Source of the DNA: Octopus bimaculoides
Taxonomy: Eukaryota
Direction: 5' to 3'
NCBI RefSeq assembly: GCF_001194135.2
Contig: NC_068988.1
Span: 91,725,637 to 91,767,437 of the forward strand
Length of the DNA: 41,801 bases
Below the pieces are notes generated by a model that ran no database searches, was not told the origin of the DNA, and was given only the letters and a program-made list of their open reading frames with translations. Positions 1-10,018 of the stretch are shown here, one piece after another (the first letter of the stretch is position 1; every line of letters begins with the position of its first letter). Position numbers and translations under genes: made by a program.

Positions 1-417
1 GTGGTTTCCCTTCATGGCAGAATTAATAGACAAGACTATTTAAGCATTTTATCTGATCAAATCCATCCAATTCACACAGCTAAAGTTGTTACTGAATGGC
101 ACGAGGAACATTCTAGTGAAGTTGAATATCTTATCTGGCCACCACAGTCCTCAGATTTCAATATTATTGAACATTGATGGTGCATTTTAGTAAAACAAGT
201 AAGGAGTCGATATCCTCCACCATCATCACTACAAGAACTGGAGACTGTTTTTAGCCGAAGAATGGACAAAAAATTCATTTGGAAACAACTCAAACTTTGT
301 ACGAGTCCATACCTCGTAGAATTGAAGCTGTAATTACTGCCAAAGGCAGTTCTACCCCCATATTAAAATAAATTTCTTTGAACTTTTAAGGTGTTTCCAT
401 TATTTTGTCCAACCCTG
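1..417 (+). mobile_element. Tc1-like DNA transposon, 3' remnant with right TIR
   Basis: + frame reads VSLHGRINRQDYLSILSDQIHP/IHTAKVVTEW...IWPPQSSDFNIIEH*W...LYESIPRRIEAVITAKG, i.e. the WPxxSPDLNPIE motif and Tc1 C-terminus, with stops and frameshifts. The TIR GGTGTTTCCATTATTTTGTCCAACCCTG (390-417) is followed by TA. Confidence 0.9.
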
Positions 418-726
418 TATATGTGTGTGCTCACAAATTCATCCTCATATACACATAGGTGTCTGCATGCATACATATATATTTAGACATTTATCCGTAA
501 CATCAAGGCAAGAAGGTCGTGAGTACTTCCTACAACTATACAAATTCGTTGTTCAAGCTTGTTACTGCGCAATATACAACCATCTCGTTCATATTTCACA
601 CTTCTTTTTCGAGTGGTTTATCTCCTGAAGATGTCAATTTCGTTAAAAGTTTCTTTTTGAATGATTCAGTATTGCAGGTGGTGGGTGACAAGACTGAGGT
701 GACGCTTATTAGGTTTGCTGGTCAGC

Positions 727-729
<3 letters not shown>

Positions 730-796
<67 letters not shown>

Positions 797-800
797 AAGA
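730..800. repeat. (GA)n microsatellite
   Basis: Direct reading; explains the RERERE run in ORF 519..878. Confidence 0.98.
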
Positions 801-805
801 GAAGT

Positions 806-1790
806 GCATCTCTCGCGATATTCGAGGTATGCCAGCTCCTCAAACGTAACTTTCAGAATGTCGAAGATCACCGCATGAGTTACCTCTCAACAGTCAATGT
901 ATACATGTATCAATATCCCGCCCGTTTAATTCTTTCGCTGGAACGTCTACATCGAAGTCTCACCTTTATAGTATGGAGGAGAATTCCTTCCACCTGACTG
1001 TCTATTATGAAATACGGCCCATTATTGAATAGCATCGACCCCGATGAAGAATTTATCCAGAGGCAAAATTGGATAAAGAAGAATTATTACTTTACGCGAG
1101 AAGAATATAATGGGAATAAGCGAGATATCATTGATGAAGTGGTTACCGAACTGCTGAAGTCTCTTTGACATGGTTTCATTAAGATCGACAATGGCAAGAC
1201 CTACAACGATCATAAATCACGCGTTACAACTGCAGACAAGGTTTCAAAACCGTGTTGTTCGTGCGTTGTGCAGTGAGTCACAAAAGATTATAGTAATACT
1301 GTCATAACTGATAAAATCTTCAACGCCAGATAGCCGTCTCGTTGTATTTGTTTCAACTCTCTGCACCTTGAGCTCAAATTTTGCTGAGATTAGCTTTACC
1401 TGGATAGCCAGAATTCTAAGAACATCGGACAAGACGCCTCGCGTTATTTGTTCCACTCCTGTGAGCTCTGAGTTCAAATCCCATCATTGCCTATTCGAGT
1501 GGTAGACAATCCATCGCCCAGTTTAACACTACCACCTGGCACTTTGAGTCTATCAACAGAGTCCACTCTTTTTGCATGCAATCACAGTCAAGTCTCCAGT
1601 TTAAAGATACCTCCATCCTTTCTTCCCGCCAGTCTCAGAAACCCTGAAAAAGTCGCTGAGTACCTATTTAGAGCTAGATTGTTTCAATAATGATTTCAGT
1701 AGTGTTTTCTTTTTTCTGTCCTGGGTATGTCTTTAAACTGCACCCGGGGGCCATGACCCGGGAGTTCCAGAGTTTTGTAGAGTGTGGAAC
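806..1790 (+). pseudogene. Heavily decayed coding-like frame, possibly the 3' part of an I-group LINE (RNase H plus C-terminus)
   Basis: One + frame runs about 185 codons (806 to ~1370) with only 4 internal stops. ASLAIFEVCQLL and LTFIVWRRIPST weakly resemble RNase H motifs, and ...NPEKVAEYLFRARLFQ* (1487..1690) resembles an I/Nimb ORF2 C-terminus. Confidence 0.3.
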
Positions 1791-1817
1791 AACCTCTTAG
1801 TCACTATTTTTCCAGTG

Positions 1818-2060
1818 GGTAGCGTGGCTTAGTGGTTAGTGAGTGGTTTAGTGAATTCATGATCGTAAGATTGTGGTTTCGATTCCTGGACCGAGCGAAC
1901 ACTTAATTTAACGTTGGTCCAGTCCACTCAGCTGGCAAAAATGAGTAATCCTGTGACGGAACGGCATCCTGTCCAGGTGGAGAATATATATGCCATGAAA
2001 CCGGGAAACCGGCCTTTATGAGTTGGCATGACTCAAGGAGATAATTTTACCTTTACTTTT
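1818..2060 (+). mobile_element. tRNA-derived SINE (family D, decayed)
   Basis: A-box-like GTGGCTTAGTGG and B-box-like GTTTCGATTCC; body GGTCCAGTCCACTCAGCTGGCAAAAATGAGT is homologous to the copy at 13015-13349. Confidence 0.8.
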
Positions 2061-2824
2061 TACTATTGATCCAAGGTCTATTTTGATTCGAAGTTGTAGG
2101 ACTTGTCAGGGTGCCAGCTATGGGTAATTTAGCATATTAGGGCTTGCCTACCTATGTATATGAAAACAGGATCCGACGGACTATGCGGAAGAAACCTTTA
2201 TGGTTCAGCGCATTATTGAGTGCAGATAGTAAGATCAGGCAACTAAAACATCTTGGTCATCCACTGCGCTCGTCTCCATCTCAAGTCGTCTTGATCTGGC
2301 CATAACACTGGATTGAAGATAGTCACAGACGATAGAATAAGGTTGACAGCGCGCAACTCTTCTTCACTGTAAAGAAAGTCACCACGCAAGTTATCAGTTA
2401 ACCTTTAGGATGACCAGATAGTCCTCGTTATACTGATGGCTGAACATGACTCTTTTTTTTAAAACTAGGTGATCTTAGGGTTATCCGTAACCTCCATACA
2501 GTACTTGCTTATACGTAGATTCCCTCGTTATTATTCTATACCTCTACAAAAAGTCTGTTTATAATTAAGCGATCTCGTTTATTTAAGAGTGAAGTCTGTC
2601 TGCCAAAGAAATAACGCAATATCGTTGACAATCTAACGCTGCAACATTTTAATATCACACTGTCGACAATTAGTTGCCTCTCACATCTGACTTAGCCATA
2701 AAAAATTATATCTCATTAATTAATTAATAATGCGATACAAATTTTCTGTATCATTGTATTATTAGTTAAATGAGAAATATGAACAGATTTTAATGTCATG
2801 TCCAGTAATGGGATTAAGCGCTAA

Positions 2825-3495
2825 TAAGATCATTGGGGTTGGGTAGAGAAGACGGTGAAGAGGAGTAGACGACGGTGAGGGTGATGGGGTAGAAAAGACA
2901 ATGATGACCGAGGGGGTATAGTGGACAAAGGTGAAATGGGTTCGGCGGATAATGAGATGCATCGGAGTAGTTTGGACAAAGAGGTGAAGTTAGTAAGGTG
3001 GCATAGAAATGATGTAGTATGGCTGAGTGGAGTATGGTGCGGAGGTGGAGGGTGAACAGTGAGGTGGATGGGATAGAATGGACATTGCGGTGTGGTGGGG
3101 GTAGAGTGGACACTGAGGTGTGGTGGGGGTAGAGTGGACACTGAGGTGTGGTGGGGTGTAGTGGACAATGACGTGTGGTAGGTATAGTGGATACTGAGAT
3201 GAGTTGAAGTAGAGTGGACATAGAGGTGTGGTGGGGTACAGTGGACACTGGGGTGTGGTGGGGGTGGAGAATATACTGAAGTGTGGGAGGCAGAGTGGTG
3301 ATTGAGATGTGGTGGGGTAGAGTGGACATAGAGGTGTAGGGGTAGAGTGGACATTGAGGTATGGTGAAGTAAATGGACACTGAGCTATGATGGGGGTAGA
3401 GGGAACATTAGGTGTGGTGGGGTAGAATGGACATAAAGATTTAATGAGGGTAGAGAGGACGTTGAAATGTGGGGGTAGTTTGGACATTGAGATGA
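2825..3495. repeat. G-rich minisatellite, 27-28 bp unit (GGTGTGGTGGGGTAGAGTGGACACTGA)
   Basis: More than 20 degenerate tandem copies; source of the Pro/His/Thr-rich minus-strand ORFs. Confidence 0.92.
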
Positions 3496-3996
3496 GTTAG
3501 AGCACAATAGCCAAAACTGCACACGTGACTAAAAATGATGGAACTAAAATGTCAGCAGTTGTATTAGTCCTACTGAAACCTAGATTCGTGCTGTATGTGT
3601 GTGTGTGTGGAGGGGGGTGCGTGTGTGCGTGCGTGTATCAATAAATAGTAATCGGAGTGATGACTTAAATGAAGAACTTAAGAATGAAACATACGAACGT
3701 GTTCTGCGTGAAAAGCTAATGATAAGTCTGTGTTAACATTTTTATTGTAGTCAACCAAGAAATTATAATCAATACAGCCGTGACGACGAGAAAGAATCAT
3801 TAGTTTAATTCTGGTCAGGAAAAGCAAACATTGTGAAACAGAAGAAGAGAAATACTCACGTAGACGGTATTGAAGTGGTGTGTGTCTCTTTCGTTTGATT
3901 GGGAGCCAGTTTTGTACAGCACAGCATTACCAGCTGTCACTCGTGAGCAATCATTGCTTGATAATAAGTACTATAAATAAATATTAGCGACAGAGG

Positions 3997-4433
3997 CAGT
4001 ATTAATACCGAGAGGTAATATTTATGTACATTTAAACGTGGGTGTTCGGTTAGAACAAAGTATACTGCAGCAGATTCCATGAGAGAAACTCTCATATTGG
4101 CTTTTGGTGCAAAATGCACTCTTGCTTAGATCGCTAACGGGGAGATAAGTTTCCGTCACCTCCAGCGCAGAGGCCATCAGATCACATGATTTCGACCTTC
4201 CTTGGTGTTGTCAGTGATGGACGCTCGACCGGTAGAGATAGTAGCGACTCATCTCCCCGTCAGTGATAGAAAGACAGTACCACAACAGGCGCTGGTATCG
4301 CGATTCGCCTGTGAGCTTGTTAAAAAATATGCATTAGCACAAAGTCAGTATTAATACCGAGAGGTAATATTTGTCCCCCACTTAAACGTGGATGTTCTGT
4401 TAGAACAAACTACACTGTGGTAGATACCATGAG
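3997..4433. repeat. Pair of ~87-bp direct repeats (3997-4083, 4346-4433), period 349 bp
   Basis: Both begin CAGTATTAATACCGAGAGGTAATATTT and share TTAAACGTGG..GTT..GTTAGAACAAA...CCATGAG. Confidence 0.9.
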
Positions 4434-4550
4434 CGTACTATGCCTTCGCTAATTGTTTTAGGTGTATGTGTATTCGTGAGCAGACGTAGATACTCTTTCG
4501 GCTCCTGTACGCTTTGACCCAGCAGTACATCAAGGATTTGGCTCCTGGGG

Positions 4551-4556
<6 letters not shown>

Positions 4557-4595
<39 letters not shown>
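4557..4595. repeat. (GA)n microsatellite
   Basis: Direct reading. Confidence 0.97.
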
Positions 4596-4597
<2 letters not shown>

Positions 4598-4599
4598 TA

Positions 4600-4752
4600 C
4601 GCCAGCAGGAGGCTGGTACTCATTTACAACAGAGTAGACTGAAGCAGTTTTAAATGAAGTGCCTTGTACAAAGACACCACACATTACTAGGTCTAGAAAT
4701 TGAACTTACGGCCCTATGATCATGAGACGAATACCCAGCCGCTAGGTCACAT
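4600..4752 (-). mobile_element. Decayed tRNA-derived SINE (family D-like)
   Basis: Minus strand shows a tRNA-like head with GTTCAATT B-box-like motif, then the TTGTACAAGGCACTT...CAGTCTACTCTGTTGTAAATGAGTACC body. Confidence 0.6.
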
Positions 4753-5164
4753 CCAAGTCGCTGGTTATACTAATCTATAGGTAAAGGGGTGGTTTCTCAA
4801 ACTCCATATCTTAAGGTGCCGTCTTAAGGCATGCACACACTAGATATTTGTCCAGACGCCTCGTGGTTTCAGGGACCCAAATCTATGTATGCCGAGACTT
4901 GCTGCCAATAAAACAAATATTGCATGACTCAATATACTGATTTGCCTGGTGGTCTGTAATGCTGTTAGGACGGCCCTGCCGGTCCCCGAGGTTAATGATT
5001 TGAAGTTTCAGATCCGACATGACTGGCCAAAAACTGAACTTTCTATCCGGAACAGAAAATACTTCATCCCTTCAACGACTACTGACTCTCCATCAATCTC
5101 AGGTGAGACCTACAATGGAGTACTCCTGCACCCATAAATGTACCCGATATCGCATCTAGAGACC

Positions 5165-5310
5165 ACCCAATTGATTGGCTTGAAGTTGTTCACTATTGCA
5201 CTCCAATCTCTGGGTCACACAATCACTGCCACCTCTTTCTGTCTCTTCTGCGGCAAGCTCGTACAGTCGCTTATACTTCTCGGCAGCTAGTTCTGTGGCG
5301 TCTTCCTATG
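5165..5310 (-). mobile_element. Decayed REL-endonuclease retrotransposon fragment (HERO-like C-terminus)
   Basis: Minus frame S*EDATELAAEKYKRLYELAAEETERG, then after a frameshift PEIGVQ; resembles the VPWEDAxEEAYERKxLxYxELAAEAxxRGW...PVExGCRG motif. Confidence 0.5.
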
Positions 5311-5502
5311 AAAGGTGTGTGGAATGTGTAGGGCAGACATGGGGAATCTGTTTCTTGCGGTAGGGCTTGTAAGATATAGCTCATCATAAATCAGACTACA
5401 TCACTAAAAATCACACTGTATGTAGTTACTTTGTGGTGGGGGTACCTAAATGAATGAGAGAAAGAAACAAAACTGTCAACTTATCTTAACAGTTGGAATA
5501 AT

Positions 5503-5730
5503 CCTTTCTACTATAGACACAAGGCCTAAAATATTGGTGGTTTAGGGGGGTTGAAGAGGGTTAGTCCGTTACGTCAACTCCAGTAGTCAAATGATACTCA
5601 TTTTACAGACCCCGAAAGGATGAAAAGCAAAAGCCGAACTTGGCGGAATTTGAACTCAGAACGTAAAGTAGATAAAATGCCGGTAAGCATCTTATCTGGC
5701 GTGCTAACGTTTCAGCCAGCTCATCATCTT
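5503..5730 (-). mobile_element. SINE family A (GAGCTGGCAGAAACGTTAGCA head) with TSD
   Basis: Colinear with 22791-23005; flanked by AACAGTTGGAATAAT (5488-5502) and AACAGTTGAAATAAT (5731-5745). Confidence 0.88.
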
Positions 5731-6065
5731 AACAGTTGAAATAATAAAACAGATTGTTGCAAAATTTTTAGTAAAAAAAAAAAGTGTTTATGTTTATAAT
5801 AACATGATATTTCGCGTGCGATATAAAACAGCGCATTAATAAAAGCATTAATTTCTCCATGACGGCTGCGTGTTGCAGTTTGCTTAAACCTGTTGCAGAG
5901 CGCTCATTACAATGAGCCCATCCACCAACACACAAAGCCAGCAGTCATAAGACATAAATCTTGTGATTTGTGTATATAAAACAGCTGACTTTGTGGCAGA
6001 AATTATTGTTTAGCCTAGATTAGACTTGACTGGAAAGACCGTTGATCAGAGATTTTCCAAGCTTA

Positions 6066-6206
6066 GGCATAGCTTTGTGATTAAGAAGATCGCTTTACAA
6101 ACCACGTGCTCTCGGGTTCAATCCCACTAGGCTGTACCGTTGACTAGTGTTTTCTACTATATTCCTGGACCGACCAATGCTTTGAATTTGGTAGAAGGAA
6201 ACTGTC

Positions 6207-6207
<1 letters not shown>
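6066..6207 (+). mobile_element. SINE family B 5' half (decayed)
   Basis: GGTTCAATCCC B box plus TTCTACTATA...GGACCGACCAATGC...TTTGGTAGAAGGAAACTG, homologous to 26193-26345. Confidence 0.8.
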
Positions 6208-6240
<33 letters not shown>

Positions 6241-7278
6241 ATATATATATATAAATAAATATATATATATATANNNNNNNNNNNNNNNNNNNNNNNNNNN
6301 NNNNNNNNNNNNNNNNNNNNNNNNNNNNNNNNNNNNNNNNNNNNNNNNNNNNNNNNNNNNNNNNNNNNNNNNNNNNNNNNNNNNNNNNNNNNNNNNNNNN
6401 NNNNNNNNNNNNNNNNNNNNNNNNNNNNNNNNNNNNNNNNNNNNNNNNNNNNNNNNNNNNNNNNNNNNNNNNNNNNNNNNNNNNNNNNNNNNNNNNNNNN
6501 NNNNNNNNNNNNNNNNNNNNNNNNNNNNNNNNNNNNNNNNNNNNNNNNNNNNNNNNNNNNNNNNNNNNNNNNNNNNNNNNNNNNNNNNNNNNNNNNNNNN
6601 NNNNNNNNNNNNNNNNNNNNNNNNNNNNNNNNNNNNNNNNNNNNNNNNNNNNNNNNNNNNNNNNNNNNNNNNNNNNNNNNNNNNNNNNNNNNNNNNNNNN
6701 NNNNNNNNNNNNNNNNNNNNNNNNNNNNNNNNNNNNNNNNNNNNNNNNNNNNNNNNNNNNNNNNNNNNNNNNNNNNNNNNNNNNNNNNNNNNNNNNNNNN
6801 NNNNNNNNNNNNNNNNNNNNNNTATATATATATATATATGGGGATAAACAAATTAGACACATCGAATATATTAAATATATTAAATACATCAACTACAAAA
6901 TATATATATGTGTGTATATATGCTCCATCTTTGAACTTCACTGCATTAAGATCTGAAATGTAAGACCTTCTCTACCCTAATGACGGAGGCTCGTCTCATC
7001 CTATGTTATATGCATCCATACGGCCACAAATTGTGATGAACGAAATATACTAACATTATTATAGATTACCGAACCCCCAGAAACAGCTATTGGACTTATA
7101 ACACCTTTCTTCTATCCCTTTAACTTTCTCTGCCGTTTGTACTCTGTGTAAGTGGGACCTATTAATATATATATCTATATATTTATGCACAAAAATTCAT
7201 CATCTGAAATTTTCCACATTTTTGCTTTCTCTTGTTTTGCATATATACTTAAATACATATGTCGTATTTGATATATTT

Positions 7279-7475
7279 GAGCTGGCAGAAACGTTAGCAC
7301 GCCGCGCGAAATGCTTTGCGGTATTTCGTCTGTCTTTATGTTCTGAGTTCAAATTTCGCCGAGGTCGGCTTTTTCTTTCATCTTTTCGGGGTTGATACCA
7401 GTTGCGTTCTGGAGTTGAGCTAATCGGCTGGTCCCCTTCCCAAAAATTTCGGACTTTGTGCCTCGAGTAGAAAAG
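7279..7475 (+). mobile_element. SINE family A
   Basis: GAGCTGGCAGAAACGTTAGCACGCC...TTCTGAGTTCAAATT...GTGCCTCGAGTAGAAAAG. Confidence 0.92.
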
Positions 7476-7751
7476 CATATTTGATGTGTTTAATTTTTCT
7501 TATCCTCATAATTGCTTCTACACGCGTTCAACTTGATCCCTTTTTACCTTGTGGAATGATTTCCCGTAAAGACATCGGAGTCCAAGTTTGAGCACTATTG
7601 TCTTCTATACAGAGAATATCTTGATCTCTGTCTTGTTTTCCATTTGTGTCTTTCGTTGTTCGAAAAAATAGTTCATATTCCATGTACTCGTATTTCGTAT
7701 TTTTTTGGTGTACACGTTTCATGACGTCCTGTACTCGATCTTCCACAGTTT

Positions 7752-7895
7752 TCATCTACCTAATCCACTCACAAAGCATTGGTCAGTACGGGGCCATAGT
7801 AGAATAGACTTGCTGAAGGTACCATGCAGTGGAACGGAACCTGATGTCACGAGGTTGCAAAGTGAGCATGTTAACCACACGGCCATACCACGGAC
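7752..7895 (-). mobile_element. SINE family B 5' half (decayed)
   Basis: CTACCTAATCCACTCACAAAGCATTGGTC...GCAGTGGAACGGAACCTG matches the reverse of family B. Confidence 0.8.
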
Positions 7896-8351
7896 ATATC
7901 TATTGTTTTTAAATTTTATCTGAGATAACCCTTGTTCTTATATTCCGAAGACCCAGAATCAATCACCATACGACATACGCTATACCTGATTCTAAAAACC
8001 ATATTTCGATCCTGTAGAAATTCAATGACATTATCTAGATAAATGTTATTCATTCCAGCTTTTTGTAATTCCAAAAACCTAGAATCCAAGTTAGATGGAA
8101 CTTACCCCCGAATGTTACAGAGTAGACTTACCGAATGACCAGTCCGTGTTTTCTTTGTATCGTCTATCTGGATGTTTTGTCCCTTTCTTGTATCACCTAA
8201 CTGTCTTGATGTTTTGCGTTCTTGTCCCATTCTGTATTATTTATACATACATACATACATACATACATACATACACATACATACACACACGCACATGCAT
8301 ACATACATACATAAATACAAACGTATCTTGGAGAACTCATCCCACCTAGAA

Positions 8352-8862
8352 ATAGCAGTACGGAGGTCTCTTGTCTGTTTCCACCATTATAAGAGAAAGG
8401 CGCATGCGCTTTGAGGGGCGTTGCTGGCGAACTAAACAAGAGCTGGCAAGTGACCTACTTTTATGGGTCCCAAGACATGGCTATACTCAAGCTGATCGTC
8501 CGAACACAACGTATGTAGCTCAACTCACCAGTGTTACTGGCATGATCATAGCTAAGTGGATGCACTGGATGGCCCTTCCCCCTTACTATTCAATGGTACA
8601 TCCTCGGATTTACAGTGATACTTTTATTTCGAAACTCCACTTTAGCTTTATAACAAATTAGAGCCCACTCAGAATATTCTGAAGCACCCACACGGGCACC
8701 AAAGTCCGGCGACGGGCCCGGACACTGGATGCCTCCTCGAAGACTTCCCTCAACTAATGCAGGACCGACATGTATGGTGTGTGCAGACTCGACCAGATGA
8801 TGATGATGATGATGAAGATGATGAAGATGATGATGACGACGACGACGACGATGATGAGGATG
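8352..8862 (+). mobile_element. RTE-clade LINE 3' ends (two pieces) with (GAT/GAC)n tail
   Basis: IRERRMRFEGRCWRTKQELASDLLLWVPRHG...RPNTTYVAQL (8371-8545) and HPHGHQ...DTGCLLEDFPQLMQDRHVW (8685-8780) are RTE ORF2 C-terminal motifs; trinucleotide tail at 8797-8862. Confidence 0.8.
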
Positions 8863-8934
8863 TTATTCATTACACCCCTGCCGGAGTCTAACACTCACGT
8901 TGAAGGGTTTCGAATTAGCACTATTTACTTGAAC

Positions 8935-9200
8935 ATAGACCTTTGGACATTCCTATATGGACTTCACGGCAACCAGAAGTTGCCTATGAATCCTAAACTC
9001 CTGCAAAACCCATCACAACATGTCCCGCAGCATGTGGCCGTATGCCTTTTCGTGGTTTACAAAGTAGGCGTACAGCTCTTGGTAATATTCCCAGGATTTC
9101 ACGAAGACCTGCCGTAGACTGAATATTTGATCGGTTGTGCTGCGTTGAGGACTCAATGGAGGAGATACTTGAAGATTCTACCCCCAACAACTCTCCCAGG
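8935..9200 (-). mobile_element. RTE-like reverse transcriptase fragment (decayed)
   Basis: A minus frame not in the ORF track reads RSTTDQIFSLRQVFVKSWEYYQELYAYFVNHEKAYGHMLRDML*WVLQEFRIHRQLLVAVKSI, matching RT subdomains 2-3 (STTDQIF..RQ..EK; FVDLEKAYD). Confidence 0.8.
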
Positions 9201-9515
9201 AATAGTGGGCGGAACAGGTAAGTAAATGTATTCATTAGCAACTTCAAATTCAGAGGCGAGAGGAATTTGCGTTTATCGAACTAAGAAGAAAGAAGGAAAT
9301 TATTCGACAATGAGCGCATTAACGAACGGAAGTGTGCTATATGAGAGCGGAAGTAGCCAACCAAAATTAGTTTCACTTTCTCCGTATTGATTAAGGCCCA
9401 ACCATTATCTAAAATGTATCCCTTAAGTTGTTATTGTTGTTGTTGTTGCTGTTGTTGTTGATGATGATGATGATGTCGACGACAATGATGACAGTGAAGT
9501 TAGTAAAGATTTGGG

Positions 9516-9802
9516 GGTACTACTAAAGCAGCGCGGACCCGAACGCGCAGTCGCGCGTCCGCGCTAGCTAGTCGTGAGTGGTCGATCCTAACCCTAACCC
9601 TATTCCTAACTCTAACCCTAACCCTAAACACGTATTCATTTGCACACGCGGGTTAGGGATAGGGTTAGGGTTAGGGATAGGGTTAGGGTTAGGGTTAGGG
9701 TTAGGGTTAGGGATAGGGTTAGGATCGACCACTCAAGACTAGCTAGCGCGGACGCGTGACTGCGCGACTGCGCGTTCGGGTCCGCGCTGCTTTAGTAGTA
9801 CC
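9516..9802. mobile_element. 287-bp palindromic MITE with telomeric-repeat TIRs and 8-bp TSD (Merlin-like)
   Basis: Arms 9516-9586 and 9724-9802 are inverted copies apart from an 8-bp indel and one mismatch, and continue inward as (CCCTAA)n 9587-9627 and (TTAGGG)n 9650-9723. Termini GGTAC...GTACC; TSD GATTTGGG at 9508-9515 and 9803-9810. Confidence 0.9.
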
Positions 9803-9808
9803 GATTTG

Positions 9809-10018
9809 GGATCTTTTTGGTTTGACGGGCAACATTTTTTTATGTAGTGTTTTTTGTACCGAAACACTTTCAAACTTCGTATACTTGTATATTTTGTGGT
9901 ATAGAACAGATAAAAATTCTTGTATTCGAAGTTATTTCACGTTAAAAATTGTCTTATTTCGATAATTTGAACCAATCGCTTAAGAAAACAAGTGTTGCCC
10001 GTCAAACCAAAAAGACCC
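9809..10018. mobile_element. Internally deleted copy of the GGATC-TIR element family (Merlin-like), reverse orientation to 20062-20777
   Basis: TIRs GGATCTTTTTGGTTTGACGGGCAACA and TGTTGCCCGTCAAACCAAAAAGACCC; the arms match 20062-20777; TSD AAGATTTG at 9506-9513 and 10019-10026. Confidence 0.88.

Noticed and set aside
2160-2330. Possible RTE thumb remnant (SKIRQLKHLGHPLRS)
   Set aside because: Only one short motif, too decayed to support.
2814-3487. Pro/His/Thr-rich minus-strand ORFs of 165-188 aa
   Set aside because: All three frames are open because the C-rich minisatellite strand lacks stops; no coding evidence.
4785-4880. hAT-like TIR start GGTTTCTCAAACT (and CAGACATGGGGAA at 5334)
   Set aside because: No matching opposite TIR or TSD found.
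6095-6941. Long ORFs spanning N runs (also 10701-11436, 16445-16930, 26298-26964, 29986-30915, 36627-37375)
   Set aside because: Artefacts of stop-free N tracts and flanking microsatellites.
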